From assembly GCA_043817155.1 (NCBI GenBank), contig JBDRHE010000059.1, forward strand, positions 97-64,096: DNA of 64,000 nucleotides, in the 5' to 3' direction. Source of the stretch: Candidatus Omnitrophota bacterium (lineage in GTDB: Bacteria > Omnitrophota > Gorgyraeia > JABMRN01 > RBG-13-46-9). Below, one piece after another: positions 19,212 to 29,097 of this stretch (position 1 is the first letter of the stretch; the number at the start of each line of letters is the position of its first letter). Position numbers and translations under genes: made by a program. The notes beneath the pieces are model-generated. The model was not told where the DNA came from. It made no database searches and worked only from the letters and a program-made list of their open reading frames with translations.

Positions 19212-20326
19212 CTTTTAGCTTTTGAACTAAATCTTGCGAATTCCTTGCCCATAAATCTTCTCTGGCAGTAAAGACAGCTGCCCTGAATATCGCCTTTTAT
19301 AACCACTTCCCGGAAACTCACCATCTTCGGTGTATTGAAATCATAATCTTTATGTATGTTACCTATGTTTCCCCCGTGGCTAAGATGGCAGCAGTATGAA
19401 ACATCGCCATCCGAATTAAAGCAGAAGTAATACCAGGGCTGGACGCATTTCGCCTCCCGAAATGAAGGTGATTCGGGATCAAAGATGTGCGGCAGGCGAA
19501 CGTCAAACGGAAAATTACGCCTCTCAAGCATCTTCGCGAGGAAAATTCGTGTATTTTCATCCTGGAGCGTAAGCGGCGTGTAGCCTTTTGATCCGTGAGG
19601 ATTTATATTATGAAAAACCACGAAACGAGGTTTTATTCTCTCTGATAGTTCCAGCATTTTATCTATAGCCGCGATATTCCCGGTCGAAAGCAGGTATGAC
19701 ACCGAAAAGTTCATATCTCTTTCCCTTAACATGCCAAGCCCCTCCATTATCGAATCAAATCCCGCTTGAGCGCCTCCTCTGGCTTTCTCATATGATTCGT
19801 AATCGTAGGCGTCCATACTAACGTTGATATAGTCCACCCGCGAAAGTCGGGAGATCTTATTTTTTATAAGGACGCCGTTGGTGGATATCTTGACGGTCAA
19901 ACCATGGTCCTTGCATATGCTAACAAGGTCTTCGATCTCGGGATGCAAAAGCGGTTCGCCTCCTGTCAGAAAAACAGTCTCAGCCATCTTAGGGGCTTTG
20001 TATTTCTCAAGCGCAGCGCGAAATTTCTCCGCGGTTATGTAGCTGGGAGTGAACTTATCAGGATCCCTGAGAAGATACAGGCACGTCGGACACCTCAAGT
20101 TACAATTGTCAGTGATTGTGGCCACAAATATCGGTGGAATAAAATCAATTTTTGATCTTCGCAGCACGCTTCTATCATATCGCAACCTGTTTAGATGCTT
20201 TTTGATGCTCCCGGGTTTTCTAATTGTTTTGTAAGGCATTCTCAAAAGCCCCATGTACCTATCCGGTAGTTTAGGCCTGAGATTGCGTTTTACCTGTTTT
20301 TTGCTATACGCTAAATTGTGCATCAT
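19193..20326 (-). CDS. Radical SAM / SPASM-domain enzyme
   Basis: DNCNLRCPTCLY; C-terminal CVQPWYYFCFNSDGDVSYCCHL...CLYC. Confidence 0.8.
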   Translation of the reverse strand: MMHNLAYSKKQVKRNLRPKLPDRYMGLLRMPYKTIRKPGSIKKHLNRLRYDRSVLRRSKIDFIPPIFVATITDNCNLRCPTCLYLLRDPDKFTPSYITAEKFRAALEKYKAPKMAETVFLTGGEPLLHPEIEDLVSICKDHGLTVKISTNGVLIKNKISRLSRVDYINVSMDAYDYESYEKARGGAQAGFDSIMEGLGMLRERDMNFSVSYLLSTGNIAAIDKMLELSERIKPRFVVFHNINPHGSKGYTPLTLQDENTRIFLAKMLERRNFPFDVRLPHIFDPESPSFREAKCVQPWYYFCFNSDGDVSYCCHLSHGGNIGNIHKDYDFNTPKMVSFREVVIKGDIQGSCLYCQRRFMGKEFARFSSKAKRWTIER

Positions 20327-22088
20327 ACAACCTTTTGTACAATCCGTCTTTTTCTAAGAGATCCGCGTGACTGCCTTCCTCGGAAATGCCGCCTTCGCTC
20401 AAAACGATAATATTGTCGGCGTGCAAAATTGTCGAAAGCCGGTGAGCGATAGCTATGACCGTGCGATCCTTTGTCAGTTTATCTATTGATTCTGTTATCA
20501 AACGTTCTGTTTCCGTATCCAGGGAGCTGGTTGCCTCATCTAACACCAATATTTCAGGATTATGCATTATGGCCCTCGCGATGGAAAGCCTCTGCTTTTG
20601 GCCTCCCGAAAGCTTCACACCCCTCTCGCCAAGCACCGTATCGTAACCGCGCGGGAGGGCCGCTATAAAACTGTGCGCGTTTGCAGCCTTTGCGGCTCTG
20701 ACAAGTTCCTCCTGCGAAATATCCGAATGCCCGTACGCGATATTCGCTTTTACGCTCACGTTAAAGATAAAAGCATCCTGGGAAACAAACCCTATCTTTC
20801 TCCTCCACTCCTTTAGCGAAAGGTCCTTTATATCTATCCCGTCCACCAGTAAGACGCCTGATTTCAGATCATAAAATCGCAATATCAGATTCACGATAGT
20901 ACTCTTGCCGGCACCCGAGGCTCCGACAAGAGCGGTTATCTTACCATTGGGTATAACGATACTTACGTCTTTCAAAACCTCGCGGTCTTGCATATAGGAG
21001 AAGCTGGCATGTTTAAACTCAAGTGAGTGAGAGAATCTGTCGATCATCTTTTTTCCGCTCTTTAACGTCCTCTTGTCGCTCTCTTCACACATTCTCTCGT
21101 AGTTGGTAAAAGCCGCCAGATTGCTCATTGCCTCCGCGCGTCCGCTATTCAGGGTATTTAGCTGGGTGAGCGTCTTCCCGAGCACAAGCAGGTAGGTGGC
21201 GATTAATGGAAACGTGCCGGCAATGTTTATTTTAGATACGTTTATAGCCACCAAAAAACAGATGACGACGATAGTGAATATCAAAACTTCACATAAGGGC
21301 ATAATGAGATATATATATTTGTTATTCTTGAATTGAAAATGCCACAGATTTTTAACAACGGCTTTAAAATTTCTCTTTTCCAGGTCCTCGGTACTGCACT
21401 GCTTTATAAGTCTTATTCCGCCCAGGATCTCCGTAAGTTTATAATTGAAGTCGGCCAATGCGGCTGACAGATTTATCCCGATTTTCTCCAACTTCTTCAT
21501 GATAAATTCAAGCGGTAGAATAACCATCGCTATCAACGCAAACACAACGATGCTCAGCTTCCAAGAAATCAAAAATAGAAGTAACATATAGGCGCACACC
21601 CTTCCTGAAAGAGCTATAAACTGCAATACCGCCAACGCAAAATTGCCGATACGCTCCACTTCATAACTGATATTACTGATAATGTGGCCGATCTTCGCGC
21701 CGTCAAAGAAGGATGTATCGTATTCCAGTAACTTATTCATGAGCCTGAGGCGCAGATCTCTTACGAGATTAAACCTCAATCGGGCTATCAGAAGATTGGA
21801 AAAATATATAAATACATTTTTAAATATCACTAAAAAAAGCAGCAGTATGAAGATGGCGGATATTATGGTCCCCTGGTTAACTGCTTTAACTGAAAGATCT
21901 AAATTTTCTATAAAAGGTATCTTCTCGATTAGACCCGTAGCATCGGTCGTCATCGCCTTTATAAGAGGTATAAGCATCGCGAAACTCGCGCCTTCAAAAA
22001 GCGACGCAACTACAATTAAAAATACGACCGAAACAGAAAGAATCGGGTATCGCTTCAGATAATTATAGGCAATCGCTACGAGTGTCAT
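20304..22088 (-). CDS. ABC transporter, fused permease/ATPase (MsbA-like exporter)
   Basis: Six TM helices N-terminal; Walker A GASGAGKST; signature LSGGQKQRLSIARA; Walker B ILVLDEATSSLD. Confidence 0.9.
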   Translation of the reverse strand: MTLVAIAYNYLKRYPILSVSVVFLIVVASLFEGASFAMLIPLIKAMTTDATGLIEKIPFIENLDLSVKAVNQGTIISAIFILLLFLVIFKNVFIYFSNLLIARLRFNLVRDLRLRLMNKLLEYDTSFFDGAKIGHIISNISYEVERIGNFALAVLQFIALSGRVCAYMLLLFLISWKLSIVVFALIAMVILPLEFIMKKLEKIGINLSAALADFNYKLTEILGGIRLIKQCSTEDLEKRNFKAVVKNLWHFQFKNNKYIYLIMPLCEVLIFTIVVICFLVAINVSKINIAGTFPLIATYLLVLGKTLTQLNTLNSGRAEAMSNLAAFTNYERMCEESDKRTLKSGKKMIDRFSHSLEFKHASFSYMQDREVLKDVSIVIPNGKITALVGASGAGKSTIVNLILRFYDLKSGVLLVDGIDIKDLSLKEWRRKIGFVSQDAFIFNVSVKANIAYGHSDISQEELVRAAKAANAHSFIAALPRGYDTVLGERGVKLSGGQKQRLSIARAIMHNPEILVLDEATSSLDTETERLITESIDKLTKDRTVIAIAHRLSTILHADNIIVLSEGGISEEGSHADLLEKDGLYKRLYDAQFSV

Positions 22089-24046
22089 TTATAGACCTTT
22101 CTTTTGTCAAATTCTGTCTTTAATAATTCATCAAGCGGGGTACGGATGTTTTCCGGATAGATGTACGGCTCAAAAAGACGTCTCTCATTTACTTGACCCT
22201 TTTTCAAGTCAAATATGCCCCGTATAACATATTCCAGATCTTTCGTCTCTCTTGCGTGATATACGGCCGAGGGCTCTATCTTTCCGTTTTTTCCCGCATC
22301 GCAAGCCGATACGTGACGATAACGTCCATTTCCGCCATACAGCAATACCGGTATCCTATTCTGAAGCGCTTCTTCAATTGTTGTAGAAGAAAAACTCACA
22401 AGCAGTCCGGACATGCCAAGCACATCCCTAAAAGGCTCGTCGATACTCAATACCACTTTTTCCGAAAAAGGTATAAGTCGCTTAAGTGCCTCTGTGTTTA
22501 TTTCGGCGGTAGGACGGAATCTTATTACTAGGACCGTATCGGCCATCGCCGAAACGACACGCGCTAGATCGGAAATAGATCTGATATACTCATCCGGTGT
22601 TTCATATATGTGGAATCTTAAGATATTGCTTGATTTAGGCGTCCCTGCGTGTAAAACTACCTTTATATCTTCAAAATTATGTTTTCCGCCAAACATACTC
22701 TCGAACAATAACTCACTCTTCTCGAGGTTCACAGGGGTTCCCCATATTAAGGGACCGGTCTTAACAAGACGCGCGCGGGAAGGAAATTGTTCCAGATACC
22801 CTTCCGCGAGAGGAGATTGAAGCGCGTAAAGCGGGAACGGACCCCTTAAAAATAGCCTGCCGTGCTCTCCCCACTCGATCCGTTCATAGTCATCCTTTGG
22901 CTTAACGAACGAGCCGTGACTGATAAAAACGGAAGGTATCTCTCGCTTCCGGCACAATTCTGCAAGAATGAGGTCGTCTACCCTGTTTCCGTTTGTGACA
23001 ATGGCACTCGGCTGCAAACGGTCTATAAATTGATCGAGCGTTGCCGTCCATAAGAATTGCCCTACCGTATAGTGGGCGATGTTATCCCGCACTTTCCGGG
23101 ATATGACCCATCCAAACGGAATTCCCTTGTGCGAAAACATCTCTTCTTCTTCACGCATTGCCCGGTCCAGATTTGCGAAGACATTTTTCTGAGTCCCTAT
23201 AGTTTGCGACCGTCTCTTCCATAAAAGATTGAAAAGCAAGTCCGGGACATTAAAAGCGGGCACATATGGTCCTCCGAGATAATAGAATGATGCATTTGGC
23301 ATCTTGGCTTTAAGATCTCTTGCGAGGCTATCCATTCCGTACATCTTTGTGGTAAAAAGAATCACTTCTCTCTTATTGCCAAAAGCTTTTTTCACTAATG
23401 TCATTTTTTCTGACATTTTAAATTTTGCAAATCTCAAAAGGAATTTGGCCGCATCGCCTGCATGAAGTTTCATTGAAATAAGCAATGAATTCCCCCCGGG
23501 GATCTCTTTTTTTAAGAAATCCTCATAATTGAGATTCTGCGCTTGTGCAACTGACCTGGTAAAATATCCGAGATATCTCTCCTCCGGTTCTATGTAGACG
23601 CTCGACGTAGTTTTTCTCCCGAGGGAGGAGGCGTATAACGTCCCGGGTCTATGCATTTCCGTGGCGCTTGTTATAATCTCAATTATCCACAGACAGTAGT
23701 TAATGGAAAAACGTATTAGAAACAGAAACCAGTCTTTATAGGCCTCCCCGACACCCAGGTCCGGATCAGAGAAATTGACCCTCTTCTCTATCCATTCCAT
23801 AAGAATTTTAGATTTCTCAAACGCAGCGATACGCGAACCATCTCCGAAATAAGGCAATGTGCTTTCCGCTGAAATCCCATTTTTCGCCAGGTCGGACCGG
23901 ACTACCGGACTGGTAGCTATAGAAAGAGAATCTTCCGGCATAAGCGTCCCATGACCGGGGTTCTCTTTTACGAATTTCTCGATATCCAAAACAGTATCGA
24001 AGAAAAATATCTTTTTTAGTTTTTTTGGCATTTCGAACAAAACCAC
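22085..24046 (-). CDS. Large hypothetical protein (653 aa), candidate surface-carbohydrate biosynthesis transferase
   Basis: No confident family motif; alpha/beta repeats; context. Confidence 0.3.
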   Translation of the reverse strand: MVLFEMPKKLKKIFFFDTVLDIEKFVKENPGHGTLMPEDSLSIATSPVVRSDLAKNGISAESTLPYFGDGSRIAAFEKSKILMEWIEKRVNFSDPDLGVGEAYKDWFLFLIRFSINYCLWIIEIITSATEMHRPGTLYASSLGRKTTSSVYIEPEERYLGYFTRSVAQAQNLNYEDFLKKEIPGGNSLLISMKLHAGDAAKFLLRFAKFKMSEKMTLVKKAFGNKREVILFTTKMYGMDSLARDLKAKMPNASFYYLGGPYVPAFNVPDLLFNLLWKRRSQTIGTQKNVFANLDRAMREEEEMFSHKGIPFGWVISRKVRDNIAHYTVGQFLWTATLDQFIDRLQPSAIVTNGNRVDDLILAELCRKREIPSVFISHGSFVKPKDDYERIEWGEHGRLFLRGPFPLYALQSPLAEGYLEQFPSRARLVKTGPLIWGTPVNLEKSELLFESMFGGKHNFEDIKVVLHAGTPKSSNILRFHIYETPDEYIRSISDLARVVSAMADTVLVIRFRPTAEINTEALKRLIPFSEKVVLSIDEPFRDVLGMSGLLVSFSSTTIEEALQNRIPVLLYGGNGRYRHVSACDAGKNGKIEPSAVYHARETKDLEYVIRGIFDLKKGQVNERRLFEPYIYPENIRTPLDELLKTEFDKRKVYK

Positions 24047-25383
24047 TTTCCGATCAGCGAAGAAGCCATCTCAACATCTTCTTCGGTTCTTACCTCTATG
24101 TGTGAATACGGATCGCTGACTTCAAAAATACCTATTCTCTGTCCCATGAGATTCCCTTCACGCAGGAATTCCGGATGCGTTACACACCCTATGCCTTTCA
24201 GCCCGATGAAGCTCGGTTCCTTGAATTTGCGGGGAACGATACCTTCGTCAAGCTGAACAATTTTGCTCGCGTTCTCCTTCCATATGGCTTTGTTCTCCCT
24301 CTTTACTGCGACTACGCTGTCAAATCCTTCCTGGGCAAGGTGCAAAATCATTTTATCCAGAAGTCCTTTTGGCCGGAACGGAAAGGTTGCCTCAAGGGAG
24401 ACTACGATATCGGGAAATATGCCTCTCTCTTCGATCTTCCCAAGAGAATATTGAAGCACCTTGGCTAAGTCGACATGATCATCGGATAGGGCCGAATCCC
24501 TTATAAACGGCGCTTCAGCGCCGAGCTCAATAGCCACTCGCGCGGTCTCTTCGGTGTCCGTAGATACAATGACTCTCTTTATGTACTCTGACTCGGTTGC
24601 CCTCTTTATCGTATAGTAGAGGAGCGGTCTGCCTGCAAGATCTTTTGTGTTCCCACGTACCGGCACAATAGCTACAACATCCAGTTTATTCATATCTATA
24701 TGCTTGTATTTATAATCCGCATTGAGGTCCTCCAATATTCTCACTACATTGGCGCACCGTTCTACATTGCCGTTCTGGTGAATACCATGGTAGTGATAGA
24801 CGCTGGCTTCCGGTTCATATACGATCTTGTAACCGTCTTGTATAGCCCTGTGCGCCCATACCCGATCCTCTATATTTGTTACCGTTTCGTCAAAAGGCAT
24901 CTTCTCCCACAGATCCCGGCGTATCATGCTGTTGGCATTGTGAAAAAAGCTGTCCTTCTTCTGAATCTTGCGGTCCAGACCAAAGATCAAAGCCAGATCT
25001 CTCTTATCCGAATCCGATGTGAAGCTCATTGCCTCCTGTCTACCGTAAACACCGGCTACACCATGATCAACAAAGTTGCTGACGAGCTTCCCGAGCCAGG
25101 AAGAACTTACCGGTATGCAATGTCCGGAAAGAAATGCGATATAAGTGCCCTCCGATTCTTTTATACCCATGTTGAGAGCCTTGCCGGGCAGATAATCCCT
25201 GCAGGTTATGATCTTGCTCACACCGAACTGTCTGACCTTCTCGAGCGTCTTATCGGCGCTCTCGTTGTCTACAACGATAATCTCGAAATCCTTATGGTCC
25301 TGGTGTGAAAGCGCATCCAGAACCTGGGTGATCCAACGCTCCTCGTTCTTTGTTCTTATAATAATGGAGATCGCCTTCTTCAT
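24016..25383 (-). CDS. Bifunctional GT2 glycosyltransferase (N-terminal) / cytidylyltransferase (C-terminal) fusion
   Basis: N-terminal ISIIIRTKNEERWI...FEIIVVDNESADKT (GT2); C-terminal VVAIVPVRGNTKDLAGRPLLYYTIKRA...RVIVSTDTEE (acylneuraminate cytidylyltransferase-like). Confidence 0.7.
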   Translation of the reverse strand: MKKAISIIIRTKNEERWITQVLDALSHQDHKDFEIIVVDNESADKTLEKVRQFGVSKIITCRDYLPGKALNMGIKESEGTYIAFLSGHCIPVSSSWLGKLVSNFVDHGVAGVYGRQEAMSFTSDSDKRDLALIFGLDRKIQKKDSFFHNANSMIRRDLWEKMPFDETVTNIEDRVWAHRAIQDGYKIVYEPEASVYHYHGIHQNGNVERCANVVRILEDLNADYKYKHIDMNKLDVVAIVPVRGNTKDLAGRPLLYYTIKRATESEYIKRVIVSTDTEETARVAIELGAEAPFIRDSALSDDHVDLAKVLQYSLGKIEERGIFPDIVVSLEATFPFRPKGLLDKMILHLAQEGFDSVVAVKRENKAIWKENASKIVQLDEGIVPRKFKEPSFIGLKGIGCVTHPEFLREGNLMGQRIGIFEVSDPYSHIEVRTEEDVEMASSLIGKWFCSKCQKN

Positions 25384-25389
25384 GATCTC

Positions 25390-26133
25390 TTACGCCCTAT
25401 TCTTGCTTAGTATCCGGTCATATCTAACCGATAGACCCGCGCCTCTTTTAAGGCCCTTGATCAGAGACTGTACCATCATAAGATCAGTCCGGCTCTTAAC
25501 GATCACAGCCGAGAGCTTGCTGACCGGATAGGTCCCAAACCTCCCACAGAAGAACGCATGCCCATTCCTTTCGAAGGTCTTCATAAAAAGATCTCTTCGC
25601 CATATCATTATCGAATATACAAAAGGTTGTACCGGTACAAGGTCCTGTGTTCTTGAGAAGATTGTGTCGATCTTAAAATTGATCGGTCTGCCCTTATGCA
25701 AACAGTGCACCTGCTCATTCTTGACTGTAATAAGTGAATCTAACCCGGACTTTACGAAATAAGTTACTACGTCCCTTATCTCCTTTGCCCCCTGCAAGGG
25801 TGAAGTCGGATTGACCCATGCAATGATATCGCAAGGATTCTCTTTTAAGAAGTCATAAACCACGCGGTCGGATTTGGCCTTGGATGTTGCCCATCGCTTC
25901 GGCCGTTTATAAAACTCTGCGCCATAGCGTTTGGCTATCTTCTGAAACAACGTATCCTCCGAATTAACGACTATACGGGTGAAAACACCGGACTCCTTTG
26001 CTGCCTGGATAGGATAATATATAAGCGGTTTCCCTGAAATAAGGGCCATGTTCTTCATCGCAAGTCTTGTACTACCCATGCGCGCCGGGATCATGGCGAC
26101 TATATTCTTTCCCTTAAACTTAAATCTTTGCAT
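25390..26133 (-). CDS. Acylneuraminate cytidylyltransferase family
   Basis: IVAMIPARMGSTRLAMKNMALISGKPLIYY P-loop region. Confidence 0.7.
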   Translation of the reverse strand: MQRFKFKGKNIVAMIPARMGSTRLAMKNMALISGKPLIYYPIQAAKESGVFTRIVVNSEDTLFQKIAKRYGAEFYKRPKRWATSKAKSDRVVYDFLKENPCDIIAWVNPTSPLQGAKEIRDVVTYFVKSGLDSLITVKNEQVHCLHKGRPINFKIDTIFSRTQDLVPVQPFVYSIMIWRRDLFMKTFERNGHAFFCGRFGTYPVSKLSAVIVKSRTDLMMVQSLIKGLKRGAGLSVRYDRILSKNRA

Positions 26134-27229
26134 TCTTCTCCTCTGTTTTAACGATCGATTGGTAATAATACCTGAAGTATAAGCTTTGCGCCTTATTAAA
26201 TATCCTGATTACAGGATCACCGCCAGAGTCTTTACGCAATAGCTCCTGTAGATTCTTCTTTTTAAAATTCATGCCGGCAAGGACGCTCTTCATTATCAAG
26301 GCCCCTATCTTTTCAGCGGATACAATGACTCGGCTGGCCCCGGAAGGTTCGTAAGCCAGGTTCGGCGTGCATAGAACACGGGAATATTCGTCCGCATAGA
26401 TTATCTTAAACCTGTGCTTCCGAAGTAGCCCGGTGATGCTCCTTAGATCAAAATTGTAATTATGCTCGATATCGAAGTACCTTAATGTATCTACCAGGCC
26501 ATGGACCTTTATTCCCGGAACCTCTATAAATAGGTACCCGTCCGGTTGCAATATATCATGAAGTCTGGCCAAAACCGCGTTTACATCGCTCACATGCTCA
26601 AGCATGTGTGAAAGGATAATAAGGCCGGGCCTTCTCTTCTGAAAGGTATAATTCATGAAATCCCCATGTACCAAATTAATTCCTTTCTCCTGTCCAAATT
26701 TTATCATCTTTGGATCGAGTTCTATGCCGAGAACGGCAAAACCTTTTCGAAGCCAGGGAAAAAGATTAGCCCCGTCGCTACATCCAAATTCGGCAATCAG
26801 ATCCTCCCGGGGTAACAGTTTGATAAAGTGTGATATAAAACGGAATCTTTCATAAGCAAAGCTATTCACCCTCTCTAAGAAAAGGTCTTCCATTGCCTTA
26901 TGTGAGGTATCCTTTCCTCTCAATGCATAAGAAAGATTCTCATATAGATACCTACTCCCTTCGGGATTTAGTATAGTAGATTTGAAACACCCATCACAAA
27001 AGTCACATATAACTACATCGGACGGAAGCCCCCTTCTGTTGGTTTCGGAAATCTTTGTAAAATCCTTTGTGCCGCAATACGGGCATATATCTATCTGGAT
27101 ATACCTACCCTTATAGTGTATCTCTTCCAGAAAGAGGCGCCTGGCTTCTTTCTGGAACTCAGTTAACCGGTAAGGCATATAATCGGTTCTAAAACTATGT
27201 TCCTTATTTAATAGCTTATCTGTTATCAT
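26120..27229 (-). CDS. Class I SAM-dependent methyltransferase with N-terminal Zn-ribbon
   Basis: CPYCGTKDF...CDFCDGCF; MTase core LIAEFGCSDGANL...GIELDPKM. Confidence 0.7.
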   Translation of the reverse strand: MITDKLLNKEHSFRTDYMPYRLTEFQKEARRLFLEEIHYKGRYIQIDICPYCGTKDFTKISETNRRGLPSDVVICDFCDGCFKSTILNPEGSRYLYENLSYALRGKDTSHKAMEDLFLERVNSFAYERFRFISHFIKLLPREDLIAEFGCSDGANLFPWLRKGFAVLGIELDPKMIKFGQEKGINLVHGDFMNYTFQKRRPGLIILSHMLEHVSDVNAVLARLHDILQPDGYLFIEVPGIKVHGLVDTLRYFDIEHNYNFDLRSITGLLRKHRFKIIYADEYSRVLCTPNLAYEPSGASRVIVSAEKIGALIMKSVLAGMNFKKKNLQELLRKDSGGDPVIRIFNKAQSLYFRYYYQSIVKTEEKNAKI

Positions 27230-27302
27230 CTCTTCTCACTCGTATCCAAATGAGCGGTTTTATATCGTCGAAAATAAGGATTTGAGATTCAAATCCGTGT
27301 CA

Positions 27303-27322
27303 TCCCCGCGAAAGCGGGGATC
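27303..27322. terminator. Strong GNRA-tetraloop hairpin ATCCCCGC-GAAA-GCGGGGAT in the 197-bp spacer between two sub-operons. Candidate terminator, processing or regulatory site. A second interrupted hairpin lies at 27365-27402.
   Basis: 8-bp perfect stem (6 GC) seen in sequence; only weak U tracts flank it. Confidence 0.35.
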
Positions 27323-27426
27323 CAGAAGTATATCTTTCTAATGCATTTGTTATTTACGCCTGGATTCCCGCTGGAGTTTAGACCGCAGCAGCGGTCCGGG
27401 AATGACAAACATTCTTATTTGGACCG

Positions 27427-29097
27427 CTATGATCTCTTCTCTTCGATTAGTCTCCTGTTTATCTTTTTGAGCGAAATACCCTGGTCTCCTCCTGAGCAGG
27501 TACCTCTCAACATGCTATCAATACTCTTATCCTTTCTGAATTGCCGATCTATCCTACCGGTGCCAGGCATCCTTCCTGGCTTAAGGGGCGAACGCATAAA
27601 ATAGCTGGCCCTCTTTTTTAGCCTTGTCAAGAGCGTTCCTTTCCTGTAATTGAGCCGCACCAGCATAATGAAATGCGCAAATCTAGCCGGGAGTCGATTC
27701 TTCTTCTTGCGGTTCCTGTCAAGATAATCCATATCGAGAGAATTTTTCAATCGGCCGGCCCAACCTGCTACAACCCTATCCGGAAGATCTGTGAGATTTA
27801 CACTGAAATTACCGTCTCCCGCGTCACCCGCAAGCGATGAAAGATACTTATCTTCATCCTTTATTATGCCGATAAGCTTAGCATACTTATAGAGCTGGGA
27901 GCCAGGGATGGGAATCGCGTACTTCCACTGGTATTGCTTGAAATTAAAATTCAGCGACTTCAGGAACTCGATCGTCTCTTCTATCGATTCATCCGTCTCT
28001 CCCGGCATACCTAGAACAAGCGCCGGTGATGTATATATCCCCGCCTCCTTGGTCCAAAGCGCCGCATCTACATTCTGTTTAACCGTGACGCGCTTATTTA
28101 TGATATTCAACATCCTCTGGCTACCTGATTCGAAACCATATTCTATCATCCAGCAACCTATCTCTTTAAAGCCATGCAGTATGTCACGATCCACGGTATC
28201 TACCCGCATACCGAGTATCCTGAATATTATGTCGAGCTTCCTTCTCTTATACTCCTCTATAAACTCCCAATTACGCTTCTTACTCGGCGCAAAACATTCA
28301 TCGCCAAAGGTGAAGAACCCTACATTAAATTTCTCTATACAGTATTCGATAAAATCGAAGATATACTTTATCGAATGTACCCTAAGTCCTTTGTAGGCCC
28401 TAAAACAGAAGCTACATTCGTTGAAGCACCCTCTGCTTGTTGGAATAGTGATCATTCTCTTTTTTCTTGAGGGGCTATAAATACGTTCATCCGAAATATC
28501 CATACCGAATTTCCTGATAAGTCCTACCCCATCCGGAAGATACTTATCCATATTTACCAGGTCGAACGCCGGGTAAGGTAGTTTATCCAGGTTTATTATA
28601 AGTTGCCTTTTATCCGTAAATACGGGTTTAGAGTCCTTCCTATAGCATATGCCGGCAATGCTCTTTAGATCCCCCTTCCCTTCCAGGCACTTTATCAGTT
28701 CGACAATGGTTACATCCCCCTCACCGCAAACAACAATGTCTATATCTGAATTGTTGAGCACAACAAGAGCAGCGCTTGACAGGCCGCCGCCCAGAATCTG
28801 GGTCTTATGTGGGAACGCCCTTCTGATCTCCCGGCTTAACTCCTTAACATATATATATGAGGTCGCTATTATTCCGCTTATTCCTATATATTTTGGGTCG
28901 ATCTCCTTTATCCTCTCTATAATCTCTTTGATCGTGATCCGTTCGGTATCGATATCCAATATCTCAGGCACATATCCGCTATCCCTAAGCGCGCTGGCTA
29001 TATACATTGAACCGTACGGCGGATACACGGTATTCTTCATGCCAAGCGGCGGAATGACGATCAAAAGATCCGTATTCCTGTCAGAATTCGATACCAT
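27427..29097 (-). CDS. Cobalamin-binding radical SAM enzyme with C-terminal extension
   Basis: B12-like N-terminus (IGISGIIATSYIY...ILGGGLSSAALV); SRGCFNECSFCFRA. Confidence 0.8.
   Translation of the reverse strand: MVSNSDRNTDLLIVIPPLGMKNTVYPPYGSMYIASALRDSGYVPEILDIDTERITIKEIIERIKEIDPKYIGISGIIATSYIYVKELSREIRRAFPHKTQILGGGLSSAALVVLNNSDIDIVVCGEGDVTIVELIKCLEGKGDLKSIAGICYRKDSKPVFTDKRQLIINLDKLPYPAFDLVNMDKYLPDGVGLIRKFGMDISDERIYSPSRKKRMITIPTSRGCFNECSFCFRAYKGLRVHSIKYIFDFIEYCIEKFNVGFFTFGDECFAPSKKRNWEFIEEYKRRKLDIIFRILGMRVDTVDRDILHGFKEIGCWMIEYGFESGSQRMLNIINKRVTVKQNVDAALWTKEAGIYTSPALVLGMPGETDESIEETIEFLKSLNFNFKQYQWKYAIPIPGSQLYKYAKLIGIIKDEDKYLSSLAGDAGDGNFSVNLTDLPDRVVAGWAGRLKNSLDMDYLDRNRKKKNRLPARFAHFIMLVRLNYRKGTLLTRLKKRASYFMRSPLKPGRMPGTGRIDRQFRKDKSIDSMLRGTCSGGDQGISLKKINRRLIEEKRS

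Noticed and set aside
18177-20326. RiPP (sactipeptide/ranthipeptide-like) biosynthetic cluster suggested by adjacent SPASM radical SAM enzymes
   Set aside because: There are no precursor-sized intergenic gaps and no protease or RiPP-transporter partners. All neighbours are sugar-metabolism enzymes, so a glycan context is far more parsimonious.
27296-27325. CRISPR repeat-like palindrome CATCCCCGCGAAAGCGGGGATCC
   Set aside because: It is a single copy only. There is no array of repeats and spacers, and no cas genes in the window.
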